The notes beneath the pieces are model-generated. The model saw only the letters and a list, made by a program, of their open reading frames with translations. It was not told where the DNA came from and did no database searches. From NCBI RefSeq assembly GCF_001194135.2, contig NC_068988.1:66245790-66309789 (forward strand): a DNA stretch of 64,000 bases, written 5' to 3'. The stretch is from Octopus bimaculoides. Lineage: Eukaryota. Both the position numbers and the translations under genes were made by a program. This document shows positions 13,051-25,475 of the stretch, in pieces. Every line of letters begins with the position of its first letter. Positions within the stretch are counted from its first letter, which is position 1.

Positions 13051-13113
13051 GGCGCTGAGCTGGCAGAATCGTTAGCACGCCGGGCGAAATGCTTAGCGGT
13101 ATTTCGTCTGTCC
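13051..13113 (+). mobile_element. SINE family A, head only
   Basis: ggcgctgagctggcagaatcgttagcacgccgggcgaaatgcttagcggtatttcgtctgtc, truncated before the B-box. Confidence 0.8.
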
Positions 13114-13194
13114 TTTAGAAGCATAAAAATCCATAGATATTTTATGATACGTATGGGTCAGATTTCTACCTCCCAGAGGTGAAGAATTAAAATT

Positions 13195-13254
13195 GTTTTC
13201 GGACTAGAGTCTGATGAGTCGTCCGCGAAACTACGTTGTTCGTGGATCGGAAAC
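13195..13254 (+). ncRNA. Type I hammerhead ribozyme-like motif, partly degenerate
   Basis: gttttcgg-acta-gagt CTGATGA G-tcgtccg-C GAAA C-tac-GTT gttc-gtgga-tcggaaac. Core at 13211-13237, short stems II and III, and a stem I made of a 4-bp proximal and an 8-bp distal helix (with G-U pairs) around an internal loop. Confidence 0.55.
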
Positions 13255-14158
13255 CATTGGTCATTCTATGACCAGGCATCAAGTTTATTACTTTAATANN
13301 NNNNNNNNNNNNNNNNNNNNNNNNNNNNNNNNNNNNNNNNNNNNNNNNNNNNNNNNNNNNNNNNNNNNNNNNNNNNNNNNNNNNNNNNNNNNNNNNNNNN
13401 NNNNNNNNNNNNNNNNNNNNNNNNNNNNNNNNNNNNNNNNNNNNNNNNNNNNNNNNNNNNNNNNNNNNNNNNNNNNNNNNNNNNNNNNNNNNNNNNNNNN
13501 NNNNNNNNNNNNNNNNNNNNNNNNNNNNNNNNNNNNNNNNNNNNNNNNNNNNNNNNNNNNNNNNNNNNNNNNNNNNNNNNNNNNNNNNNNNNNNNNNNNN
13601 NNNNNNNNNNNNNNNNNNNNNNNNNNNNNNNNNNNNNNNNNNNNNNNNNNNNNNNNNNNNNNNNNNNNNNNNNNNNNNNNNNNNNNNNNNNNNNNNNNNN
13701 NNNNNNNNNNNNNNNNNNNNNNNNNNNNNNNNNNNNNNNNNNNNNNNNNNNNNNNNNNNNNNNNNNNNNNNNNNNNNNNNNNNNNNNNNNNNNNNNNNNN
13801 NNNNNNNNNNNNNNNNNNNNNNNNNNNNNNNNNNNNNNNNNNNNNNNNNNNNNNNNNNNNNNNNNNNNNNNNNNNNNNNNNNNNNNNNNNNNNNNNNNNN
13901 NNNNNNNNNNNNNNNNNNNNNNNNNNNNNNNNNNNNNNNNNNNNNNNNNNNNNNNNNNNNNNNNNNNNNNNNNNNNNNNNNNNNNNNNNNNNNNNNNNNN
14001 NNNNNNNNNNNNNNNNNNNNNNNNNNNNNNNNNNNNNNNNNNNNNNNNNNNNNNNNNNNNNNNNNNNNNNNNNNNNNNNNNNNNNNNNNNNNNNNNNNNN
14101 NNNNNNNNNNNNNNNNNNNNNNNNNNNNNNNNNNNNNNNNNNNNNNNNNNNNNNNNNN

Positions 14159-14212
<54 letters not shown>

Positions 14213-15384
14213 AAGAGGGTAAATGAGACAGAATAAATATCGTTCCAACAGCGGCTTCTGAAAATGTCAGACGCATTTGAGCTTACATAAACCGAAATGT
14301 ATCGATGCATTGTAGTCACAATCAGTAACATACTTTGATGAGATTTGTCGCCTCAAATTTAGGAAATCAGTAAATAAATCATTGGCTGGCATTGCTAATA
14401 GGCTTTGTAGAAATACTGTATATAACAGAGTCACATATTTGGGAAAAAACGAGGCGAGAAAATGGACGTCAAGTTAGATACGTTATAGTTTTGTTAATAA
14501 TATATATATACCGTTTGAGAATAATGTGCTAGATGTTTCTACTTTCAAACTAAATCTAATTTCCCTTCGAGAATGCTTTGAGTATCACACTGCCTGATGT
14601 CTATTCCACATGTAAGTGCTATGCTCTTGAAAGCATCTACTGTGAAACCTTGCTGCTGCAGGTTACTTATGTTTCACATTAACACAATATCCATGCGTTT
14701 AGTTGTCCACGAATTAGTGAATAGTCTGTATTGTGGAAGCAATATAATGATCCATACATATCATAAAATATGTATGGATTGTTATGGTTACACCGGATGA
14801 GTGTGGATAATATAAAATTCTAAAAATACTTTAAATATCTTGCCCTTACAAACAATCTGAAATTTCAACGTTTGTTATCGACTTCCATTTTGTATAATTT
14901 GAATGTTTAAGTTAATATCTTTGTCGACGTATCAAGGAATATCTACGTCGGCACTTAACCCACTAGAAATAGCAACTAAATATCTTCCTGCACACTCAAG
15001 CAAACGAGGAAAACTTGTGTGCTAAAAACTGGAACCAAACCTCTCGCAGATTACACTCTACTAAGTCAACGATAGACTTACTCTTCGTTTTAATCTTTTA
15101 GAATTTTAAAAAATATATGTTTTGAATTTTCTAGAAAAGGTGGGTAAATCTCAGAAACATTACAACCGTCTATCTTGGGAAGGGAAGTGCACATTGAACA
15201 ATAGAATCTCCTTGACACACAAAACCAACAGCAAGGGTGGCTGATCCTGGAAGGATCATCTTATCATTCATCATGTCAGTCAGCAGGGCTAAAGGACAAC
15301 TGAGCACGGGAATCCACTATTTCATGGCGGCATGCAAAGTGCTCCAAACTGTTTAGGTTTATTTGGGTGTTTTATTTTGTATTT

Positions 15385-15600
15385 TTACTTGCTTCAGTCC
15401 TTAAACATCGGCCATGTTAGGTCACCGTCTTGAAGGGCTTTATTCGAACGAATCAACTGCAGTACCTAGTTTCTAAAGCGTAGTATTTATTCTAATCGTC
15501 TGTTTGGCCGAAACACTAAGGTAAGGAAATGTGAAGAAACCATCACCGGTTGTCAAGAGATGTTGGGTAAAAGCGCAAAAACACACATACACACACACAC
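15385..15600 (-). mobile_element. SINE family B, 3' half, degenerate
   Basis: ttacttgcttcagtc...ggccatgtt...caccgtcttgaagg...ttggccgaaacactaag...ggttgtcaagagatgttggg. Confidence 0.7.
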
Positions 15601-15952
15601 ATACGAGTGAGTGATTAACGAAAGTAAAAGGCATTCAACATATTTAGTAGGAGTTACATGTATTAGTTATATCAGTATGATTCGTCTCCACGCGACTTAA
15701 TCTTTCGGGGACATCTAACAGAAGTCCGTCTGTTTCAGGTTGCCCGACAGAGACGGGCTTCTATAAGAAGCCCACGCATTTTTAAGTCCATGGAACCAAA
15801 TCCACTTACAAGGTTTTGGTTGCCGTGAGGCTATAGAAGACAACTGCCCAAGGTGTCATGCACACTGAACTCGGAACAATGTGGTTGGAAAGTAACTTGT
15901 TACCGACATCCACGCTTAACGCTATGTTGCTCCAGTACATACAGCAGACACC

Positions 15953-16309
15953 GTTGTTGTTGTTGGCACTCCGTCGCTTACGACGTCGAGGGTACCAGTT
16001 GATCCGATCAACGGAACAGCCCGCTCGTGAAATTAACGTGCAAGCGGCTGAGCACTCCACAGACACGTGTACCCTTAACGTAGTTCTCGGGGATATTCAA
16101 CGTGACAAGGCTGACCCTTTGCATTACAGGCACAACAGAAACAGGAAGAAAGAGTGAGAGAAAGTCGTGGTGAAAGAGTACAGCAGGGTTCACCACCATC
16201 CCCTGCCGGAGCCTTGTGGAGCTTTAGGTGTTTTCGCTCAATAAACACTCACAACGCCCGTTCTGGGAATCGAAACTGCTACCCTAGGCACTGGGCCATT
16301 GCGCCTCCA
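15953..16309 (-). mobile_element. tRNA-derived SINE, family C, (CAA)n tail
   Basis: Minus strand: head tggaggcgcaatggcccagtg and 3' end cgacgtcgtaagcgacggagtgccaacaacaacaac. Homologous to 35066-35498. Confidence 0.9.
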
Positions 16310-16828
16310 CAGCAGACACCAGACTTTACTTATATGATTAATTTTAGTTGAATACTTCATTGGGTTTGTTTAATTGGAGATGTGGTGTGAAACATGATTA
16401 GAGAAGCACGTGACTGCATGCACGCGAATGTAAGACTCACTGACAAACATATATGCTCACACATATATACATGTGTGTGTGTATGAAAGTGTGAGTGCGT
16501 TTGTGTAAAGTGAATGATTAGTTGATTGTTAAATTAAGCCGTCTAATGCATATTTGTGTGTTTATGCATGTATGTACTTGTGTATTTCTACGCAATTGCA
16601 TATTTATGTCGATCATTGTGTATGTATGTGCGTGTATGTGTGTGAATATGTATGTATATGTAAGTGTATATTTAAGATAAACCTTTCCTTACTAATTAAT
16701 AGTATAGCGTGGGCTGATTTGATCAACATAAACTCATCGAACGGCCGGCCTTTCCGTCACAGAGTTGTTTATTATCCTTAATGTTATTCATCCTAAAGAA
16801 CATATTTCGGGTAAAATATTCACTTGTT

Positions 16829-16864
<36 letters not shown>

Positions 16865-17121
16865 AAACACTTCTATTTATTAACTTAATCGTCATGTAAA
16901 TAGAAACATTAATTTATGTATCGTAGTTTTTAATATGTAAACATAACTGTCGCGTAGAAGCGCAATCATCAATGTAAATGTTACCTCAACAACTTGAATG
17001 TTTTGCATTAATTATGAATGTTGCCGTTTATTTGTTTATCAATTAAATTAATTAATTTTAGAATTTATTCTTTCAGAAATTCATTATCATTCATGGTTTA
17101 CTATATCTAGTACAATATTAT

Positions 17122-17709
17122 GTCAGTCTCTGTTGTGGTTGAGAATATCGAAGTTGTTGACCGCTTCACTTATCTCAGTAATGAAAATAGCGGCATTATC
17201 TGCAAGTTTGGAGTCTGAAAATGAATTGGACACGTTGGTGCAGTGGTGGACTCTTCGGACAAAGGTGTTTGGCGCTGCCAATATCTGTGAAAAGGGCAAA
17301 AATTTGGGTCTTTATGTCTCTGGTCCTTCCTATCAAGCTCTCTTAGGAGCTGCCAGAACTCCTTTTGTACCAATAGGTCGGATCTTGTATCCAATCAACG
17401 GCTCATCTCAGAAACTGAGATGCATCTTGTTACTTGTATGATTCGGGAGTACCAGCTAAGACTATATTGCCATGTTGCTCGATTTTCCGAGCTAAACCCT
17501 GCTTATCATGTTCTTTTCACTGAGGATCTGGCTAGGTTAACGGTTCGTGTGGGTCGACCACATGCCATATGGTCACGGCAAATGAGGTAATATCTCGTGG
17601 AAATAAGGACTCTGTTCGACGGGTCTTCCAGGAGGAAATATACCAAGAAATGGTGAATGCAGCAACGTGCTTCAAGTGTGCATGCCTCCACATCTGACCC
17701 CATCTGACT
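17122..17709 (+). mobile_element. RTE-clade LINE 3' fragment
   Basis: Frameshifted translation: VVENIEVVDRFTYLS..., DSSDKGVWRCQYL, QRLISETEMHLVTCMIREYQLRLYCHVARFSELNPAYHVL...GRPHAIW. Ends in tandem catctgac units resembling a LINE tail. Confidence 0.8.
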
Positions 17710-18363
17710 ACTTTACGCGTTGAATCTAAGGAAAGAATGTACACAGAATACATTTAAAATCATTCTAAAGCATTCATAAAAGTTCATTTCCTATGAAAGG
17801 AATCATATTTCTTTTCAGAAACGTCTGACTTTCATAAAGTTTAAACTTTATCATATTTTCGTAGTTCACGTTAACAGCTGTCTTCATTTAAAATATCTTT
17901 ATGTCAGCAGAAGATCCGTTGGAATGGAATATGTTAGTCTTAAAATAACATTTAGAAATGATCAATCCAGACTAACGACTGGAACTACACATTTAGAATT
18001 CCGGTGCAGGACGGAGATCATGGAATATATTGAGTTTGGTCTGAAGCACCATGCAGATAAACCAAATATGTTCTACTCAGAATAGCTGATTAGACATCTG
18101 AAGGTATGGCTGAATATCTGTTAAGACGGCCATACAATTGCTAAAAGGTAAAATGAAGTGATGAATAGATCAATAATGAATAATATATGCGCGTAAATTC
18201 ACATACGAACATTCTGCATTGATACAAATAAAAAGTTAGAGCAAAAAGATAGAAAGAGAATAATAACAAGAAATTATCTGATGAAATAAATGCTTAATTA
18301 CATTATATATACCGAAGAAGCTATTATTTAGCTTTAAAATTCACGATAATTGTTGTCAGCGGG

Positions 18364-18433
18364 GTCCGTTTAGCTTAATGGTAGAGTACTGAGCCGGTAT
18401 CTGAGGAGTACAGGTTCGACTTCCGTAGCCGCC
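18364..18433 (+). pseudogene. Decayed tRNA-like cloverleaf (tRNA pseudogene or head of a further SINE family)
   Basis: A-box TAGCTTAATGG (18371) and B-box-like GGTTCGACTTCC (18413). D-stem GCTT/GAGT, anticodon stem CTGAG/CTGAG (one mismatch) with loop CC-GGT-AT, T-stem ACAGG/TCCGT, acceptor stem 5 of 7 paired. Confidence 0.55.
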
Positions 18434-18474
18434 TGATGGCAAGCCTTTTCCCTCTTATATAGGTAAATACCCTA

Positions 18475-18665
18475 TGGAGGCGCAATGGCCCAGTGGTTAG
18501 GGCAGCGAACTCGCGGTCATAGGATCTCGGTTTCGATTCCCAGACCGGGCGTTGTGAGCGTTTATTGTGCGTGTGTGTGTGTGTGTGTGTTTTGTTGNNN
18601 NNNNNNNCCAGACCGGGCGTTGTGAGCGTTTATTGTGCGTGTGTGTGTGTGTGTGTGTTTTGTTG
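18475..18665 (+). mobile_element. SINE family C head, truncated and duplicated across a 10-N gap
   Basis: tggaggcgcaatggcccagtggttagggcagcgaactcgcggtcataggatctcggtttcgattcccagaccgggcg (A-box and B-box). Confidence 0.85.
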
Positions 18666-19710
18666 GAAATTTAACCTTATTCCTTCATACTGAGTGCTTA
18701 CTTGATATCTGCCTAGATATTTTTATTTTATGTATGCGTGTGTATGTGTACACGTATATTATATATGCGAGTGTGTATGTGTGTATGTATGTATGTATAC
18801 TGCAATTGGAGAAAATGTAACCGAGACTTCTGGCACGTCATCTTAACTATTACAGCCTCACGCGTTGGTGGAGTTTAGTCCCAGGTCATTTTTCACAGAA
18901 GAAACGTGTGATTAAAGGAATTATATTCGTGATTTGATCATCTGTTATTGAGAAAGGGCATAGTGCTGGAGATTTCTATTTCTTGCACACCGTTTAACTA
19001 TGTAGAGCTTCTCGTATACTTTTAGATCTGTTTTGAGAAAGGAATATTTCCTAGTTCTCTGATTGACCTGACGTTTTATATCGTATACATCACCCGTACG
19101 CTACTTCATGGTTTGTATTCGTCTATACTCAAAGATTATTCGAAATGAGTGACATCGTGCTTATTCCTCATAGGAACCGAATGCTAATCTTTCTCAAATT
19201 ATCACCGAATTTCGCCGACACCAATCATATCTCATTGCATTATGTAGAGTTCACGTTATGTATCATTACGCCTTTATGTCAGAGAGGTGTTTTGTTCTTT
19301 ATTGCTAAAAGCCCGAAAACTAACAAGGAGAATTTATGCTTAAATTCGGTTTTAAAGTTGGCTTCTAAAGTCTTCTAATTTCAAGTAACAACATCAGGAA
19401 GGAAGTTTCGTTATCTCCTTTGTTATCAATAAGGATTTACAATGTTGATTGTTTCTTAAACATTTGAAGGGATATAGAAGGATTTAGATGTGTGAGAGCG
19501 GTAGATTGTATGTTAAGTACATCGGTAAACAAAGTTCTGAGTTCATATCTTGCAGAGCTCAGTGTTTGCATCTCATGCTTTCAGGGTCGCTAAAATAAAG
19601 TGAGAGCTAGAATACAGGCGAGGTTGGTCAATAAGATCAGATTGCAACATTTTGGTCCTGATTTCGATGCAACTACATATGTATACACGTTTACATATGG
19701 ATCTTTTATC

Positions 19711-19951
19711 CTCTACTTGCTTCACTCAGTAGACTAAAACATGGTGGGGCACCGTCTTGAAAATTTTTAATTGAACGAAACGACCCTAGTACTGTTTTTG
19801 AAGCCTGGCACTTATTCAATCGGTTTCATCCGCCGAACCGCTTGGATACGGAGACGCAAGCATATTAAACCGACTTTCAAGTGGTGGTGTTGGGGGGACA
19901 AAAGACACAAAGACACAAATGTATAAACACACACATACACTTATATATATG

Positions 19952-20013
<62 letters not shown>

Positions 20014-20015
20014 GT
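19711..20015 (-). mobile_element. SINE family B, 3' half
   Basis: ggggcaccgtcttgaa...cgaccctagtac...gccgaaccgct...gtggtgttggggggacaaaagacac, followed by the microsatellite. Confidence 0.75.
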
Positions 20016-21735
20016 TTTAGGGAAAATAACCAATTTTCAAGAACTCATCTTATGATATTTACTTTACTTTATATTATACTCATTTATTGTGCTTTTAATT
20101 ATTAATTTTTCTATATGTNNNNNNNNNNNNNNNNNNNNNNNNNNNNNNNNNNNNNNNNNNNNNNNNNNNNNNNNNNNNNNNNNNNNNNNNNNNNNNNNNN
20201 NNNNNNNNNNNNNNNNNNNNNNNNNNNNNNNNNNNNNNNNNNNNNNNNNNNNNNNNNNNNNNNNNNNNNNNNNNNNNNNNNNNNNNNNNNNNNNNNNNNN
20301 NNNNNNNNNNNNNNNNNNNNTATATATATATGTATATATATATATATACATATTTCCCGTCTATCAAATTTACATGGGTGGGCTCAAAGTTTTGGGGATC
20401 AAAGAGGTGATAAAACCTATAGAATAATCTCTTGTAATACAACTATAACGATCTGGTCAAATATATATTCACCCTTTTCATCAATTGTCCATATAAAACA
20501 ATGCATACATTAGTACATGTTTGAACGATTGCACGTTTAACTTCTATGAATCTAATGAAATGTCTTGGTGGAATTTGAAATCAGCGTTACAAAGTATACT
20601 TTCTATGTTTTATTTTTTAGAATTTATAGCAATCGGATTATACCTTGTCAAAATTTGAAAACAAAACTTAGAAAATAAATATTTATTGTTAATTAAATAG
20701 ATGAATGATTAATGTATGTCTATATTATTTCTTCTGCTGTTTATTTGAACTGATATTACAAGTGTGATGTATCATTGATTATTCTTTTGCTAGCTTGACG
20801 TCGGAACTTAAGATTAAAATACAAATTAAGCAATTAAAAATATCCTATACTTTGGCATATCATTAATTAATTTCTCCAAATTTCCAAAGTTATCAAATGA
20901 AAGTTTCGACAAAAATATCCACGGCAAATATAACCAAGATGCTTCTTGCTGAAATTGAGAAAAGTAATTATTGTCTAATCTTTCATAATTATCCCATTTT
21001 TCATAATTAACACGTAACAAACCAATGTTTTCAAAGTTACTGATATTTTAATTGAATACTTCCGATAAGATTTGGTTACTATCTTTAATAATTTAATTAA
21101 CAACGTTTGTTTTTATTATAATTTTTTTTTAATTTTACAAACCGTAAAATCTCTAAAACTTCAGAATATCAAAACAATAAATAACTTGGCTTTTGTCTGA
21201 AAATTAATAACTTAATTTGCTTAAGAAAGAAAAAAAGAATGGTCGGTTTTTAAATTAACAAATATACTTTAACTCTAGAAATAAATCGACATACTTTTAA
21301 AATACCTTAGCATGCAATTTAACATCTACTTTCGTTTTCTTTGATGAAATATGATTTGTGTCCTGGAACGGTAAATTCCGCTGCGTTGTCAGTGTTTTTA
21401 AATTCGAGATTAATTACGATCGTAATATAATATCAGAAGCAATCTAGACACGACAATCCAGTCTTTATTTCAGCACTAGTGTACCCATTTTTTTAGATCG
21501 TTGCGTGTCCTGTGAGAAAAATCTTAGTGCTATTTCCATCATGTCGAGTAACAACCTAGAGGATCTTTCCTCAAACTCCAATTGTATTTCTTTTCTGAGG
21601 CCATACTGAGACTTTTAAAACTTCTAATTTTGTTTTGTGTGTCCCGGTCTCGTCAGAATATCCCTCTAAAAGGTACTCATATGTCCAGAATGTTATTACA
21701 ACAACGCAGTATGATTCACTCTGCAAAAAGACTAC

Positions 21736-21941
21736 CTGGTAGATTCGTTAGCACGCCGAGCAAAATGTTTAGTGGTGTTTCGTCTATCTTTCCGTTCTGA
21801 GTTCTAATTCCGCTGAAGTCTGCTTTACCTTTTATCTTATCGGAGTCGATAAAATAAGTACCAGCTGGAGACTAGCGTCGATATAATCGACTTACCCACT
21901 TCGCCGAACTTGCCGCCCTTGTGGCAAAATTTGAAGCCAAT
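21736..21941 (+). mobile_element. SINE family A
   Basis: Homologous to the 6821-7030 copy along its length. Confidence 0.85.
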
Positions 21942-23300
21942 ATGAAACGCACTGTTATTTTTTTTCTTTTTTAATCCTATGGTAAGACTAAGTAGAATGG
22001 GTATTTAGAGTGATAAATAAACTGCCCATGGCCAAACAGTGGTTAATGTGATAGCAACATATTGATTTCATTTTCGACAACCTTGTTTCAAAATACTCAG
22101 CCACGTCTATATTAATGTAGGTCCCCACAGTAATTTGACATTAGAAATTCACCAATTTCCATATTTTATTATATTTCATGAATCAATGGCCAAATGTAAT
22201 TGAGTTGTTGTCAGATTTAGAATGGTTTTCATAAAAGTGAAAAACTTTATATGGACGCGGTGGTTCTCTGGTTTTCAAATTCCCATTTATAGAACTACTA
22301 CTGTCATCGAAATTCGTGTATGCCAACATATCAATAGAGAATGTTTAATTGTTTTGTTTGTGTGTGTATGAATATAGTGGGAGGAATGGGTAAATTATTT
22401 CGATTTACTTTGACATTCACTTTGTGTAGAAAGAGAACCGAGACATGAAATATCATGTTTATGTATAACATTTATAACTATATCTGAATGCACAAAACTG
22501 TACATGTGAATGCATTTGAAATTAGTGTTCCTTTTGAAGGCATTTCTTCTATATTTAGTGTATATATGTATGTGTACCTGGGTATTTGTATTCAGGAATA
22601 TGTGTGTGTACTTGAATATTTCTGCATACGTCTCTACTTGTATGTTGAGTATCTCTGTATGCTTGTGTGTACTTGTTTGTCTTCGAGTTACCTGTTTCTA
22701 CTTATGCACTCGTGTACTTATATCATAGTGTGTGCGTACCTGTATGTGGTGTATGTGTGTTTGCGCGTGTGTTTATGTATGCGTGCACATGTGTGTCTTT
22801 ATCTGAATATTTGTTTATGCATTTTTATGTTTCTGTATGTATGCAAGGGTGTAGCAGCATATTTGTATTTGGATATATGTGTATTTGGATATATGCTTGT
22901 CTTTAAGTGTATGTGTATGTATTTTATGTGTTTAGCAATTTGGACAAACATTTTGCTTTGCATGTGTGGCATTAGCTATACATTTTAGGATGTGAAGAAT
23001 TACAGTAAGAAGTCGGATGACAGGAAATATGAAAGAACCTGTTGTGAGCGGAAACAAAACATGCTCTTTAACCAAAAATAAAAATAAACATTTTAAAAAC
23101 GCTCAAACATTTGGCCTTTTGCATCACTAAACAAACACTACGAAACCAACATAAAATAATATGCATATTTGAAAGAAAATTGCTTTCAGCTATGTGACAT
23201 TCGTACAAATGTCAAGCGAAGAACATTGCGTAAGAAAAGATCATAAAACATCAAATTGTTGAATACTTGAAATACACTTGTGTGTGTATGTGTGTGTGTG

Positions 23301-23342
<42 letters not shown>

Positions 23343-24002
23343 TATACATAAATGTATGTATGTATATATATGTATGTATGTATGTATGTATATATATATA
23401 TATANNNNNNNNNNNNNNNNNNNNNNNNNNNNNNNNNNNNNNNNNNNNNNNNNNNNNNNNNNNNNNNNNNNNNNNNNNNNNNNNNNNNNNNNNNNNNNNN
23501 NNNNNNNNNNNNNNNNNNNNNNNNNNNNNNNNNNNNNNNNNNNNNNNNNNNNNNNNNNNNNNNNNNNNNNNNNNNNNNNNNNNNNNNNNNNNNNNNNNNN
23601 NNNNNNNNNNNNNNNNNNTATATATATATATATATACATACATACGTATATGCATGTATACACACATACATATATATTTATACATGAATACATATAGATG
23701 TGTGAATATTTGTGTGTCTATGTGTTTGTGTACGTGTGTGTGTGTGTGTGTGTGTGTGTGCACGTGCTAACAATTTGGTGCAAAAGAATATACTTTTTTA
23801 TACTCAAAAATATTTTAAAGTGAAAATTCGACGACTGAAACCGTTTCTTTCTTTGTATTATTTGTGAGATACGTGAGACAAGAAGGACCCAACATCTCTT
23901 TAATCTACACTCACTGCAATATGTTATCACGTCACTGCAACACAATGGAAGTTTATTTTACATATTTACCTTTCATTTTCGCTTATATTAAGTGAAATTC
24001 TG

Positions 24003-24320
24003 TGGAGGCGCAAAGGTTTAGCTGTTAGGGCAGCGGACTCGCTGTCGGAGGATCGCGGTTTCAATTCCATGACCGCGCGTTGTGTGTGTTTATTGAGCGA
24101 AAACACCTAAATCACAACGAGGCTCCGGCAGGGGGCTGATAATGACACCTGTTGTACTTTTTCGCCACAACTTTCTCTCACTCTTTCTGTTTCTTGAGTA
24201 ACGGTGCGATGGACTGGCGTCCCGTCCAGCTGGTGGTGGGGGGGACATAAACGTCATAGAAACCGGGAAACCGGGCCCATGATCCTGGCTAGGCTTTATA
24301 AGGGCCGCATAAATAAAATA
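24003..24320 (+). mobile_element. SINE with a family C head but a different 3' module
   Basis: Matches family C up to ctttctctcactctttctgtttct, then diverges into gcgatggactggcgtcccgtccag (24206-24229) and ends in an A-rich aaataaaataaa. Confidence 0.75.
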
Positions 24321-24551
24321 AAGGTGAAATTCTAGAATTTCAAACACATTTGGTACAGTGTGGAAGATATGGTCAAGAAGAAATTAAAAGAATAAAAACA
24401 CAACGCATTTAATGTAAATAGGGGTGGGAGTGTTTATATTAGTGATCAACAAGTCAAAGCTAAAAATAAAAAATACTACAAAGAACCTAGTGTAAATGGA
24501 GGTGAGTGTTTATGGCATTAAATTGAACGGCTTAAGCGTTTGATGATTGGC

Positions 24552-24919
24552 TAGATTTCGTGGCTGCCTACACCCATTCACACGCACAGACAGACACTCA
24601 AAAAAAACATGTATACGTGTGCGCGCAAGCCTGTATACATTCACGCGTACATGCACCCACCGACACGAATGCACACACACATATACACATGCACGCATAT
24701 CGACAGGCATCGGCCAACCTGTCAATAAGTACACACATTCACTAACCCACGTACGCACTCGCTCTACACTGCTTATGTACACATACACATCCCTATATAT
24801 TTACACGCACACCGACCGCCCCTTACACACACGCATAGGTACAGTCGTGCGCGTGCACGTGCACGCATATACACATACATATACACGTGCCTATTGGCAG
24901 GATGACCGATGGCTGCCCG

Positions 24920-24999
<80 letters not shown>

Positions 25000-25129
25000 C
25001 TCTGTACATCTGTGTAGGTGGGCGCATGTGTGTGTGAATGTATACAGGCGTGCGCGCATACGTATACACATGTATGTATGTGAGTGTCTGTCTGTGCGTG
25101 TGAGTAGGTGTAGAGAGCCACAAAGTCTA
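24552..25129. mobile_element. Foldback / MITE-like element with long imperfect inverted arms
   Basis: 24552-24668 aligns with the reverse complement of about 25008-25129 (tagatttcgtggc...cacacgcacagacagacactca...gcctgtatacattcac). 24693-24735 aligns with the reverse complement of 24881-24925. A (TA)n(TG)n tract interrupts the right arm, and TA lies at both outer edges. Confidence 0.65.
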
Positions 25130-25240
25130 AAGACTGGAATCTGACCATGGTGTTGTGCTCTAGCTAAAAGCGTAACTTTTAAATTTAATTTTTTGGCAAC
25201 GAATTGTTGACCACAAATATAAACACCCCACCCCTCTTTT

Positions 25241-25440
25241 AATTGTTTCAGTCATTTGACTGCGGACATGCTGGAGCACTGCCTTTAGTCGAGCAAATCG
25301 ACCCCAGGACTTATTCTTTGTAAGCCTAGTACTTATTCTATCGGCCCCTTTTCCCGAACCGCTAGCTTACGGGGACGTAAACACACCAGCATCGGTTGTC
25401 AAGAGATGTTGGGGGGACAAACACAGACACACAAACATAT

Positions 25441-25475
<35 letters not shown>

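Noticed and set aside
15733-15800. tttcag acceptor-like site as the missing upstream NPR exon
   Set aside because: None of the three frames resembles the expected preceding NPR segment, two frames hit stops quickly, and there is no suitable donor.
18364-18433. Functional tRNA-Thr(GGT) gene
   Set aside because: It has mismatches in the acceptor, anticodon and T stems, C at position 33, and an anticodon atypical for eukaryotes. Kept only as a pseudogene or SINE head.
18540-18665. Apparent 57-bp tandem duplication around a 10-N gap (likewise about 25 bp at 35165-35225)
   Set aside because: Near-identical sequence on both sides of a fixed 10-N spacer is the signature of unmerged overlapping contig ends, so this is an assembly artefact.
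22488-22988. 166-aa Cys/Val/Tyr-rich ORF
   Set aside because: It comes from a decayed TG-rich microsatellite, which is depleted of stop codons by composition. Similar tracts occur at about 5960-6250, 16400-16680 and 63330-63620.
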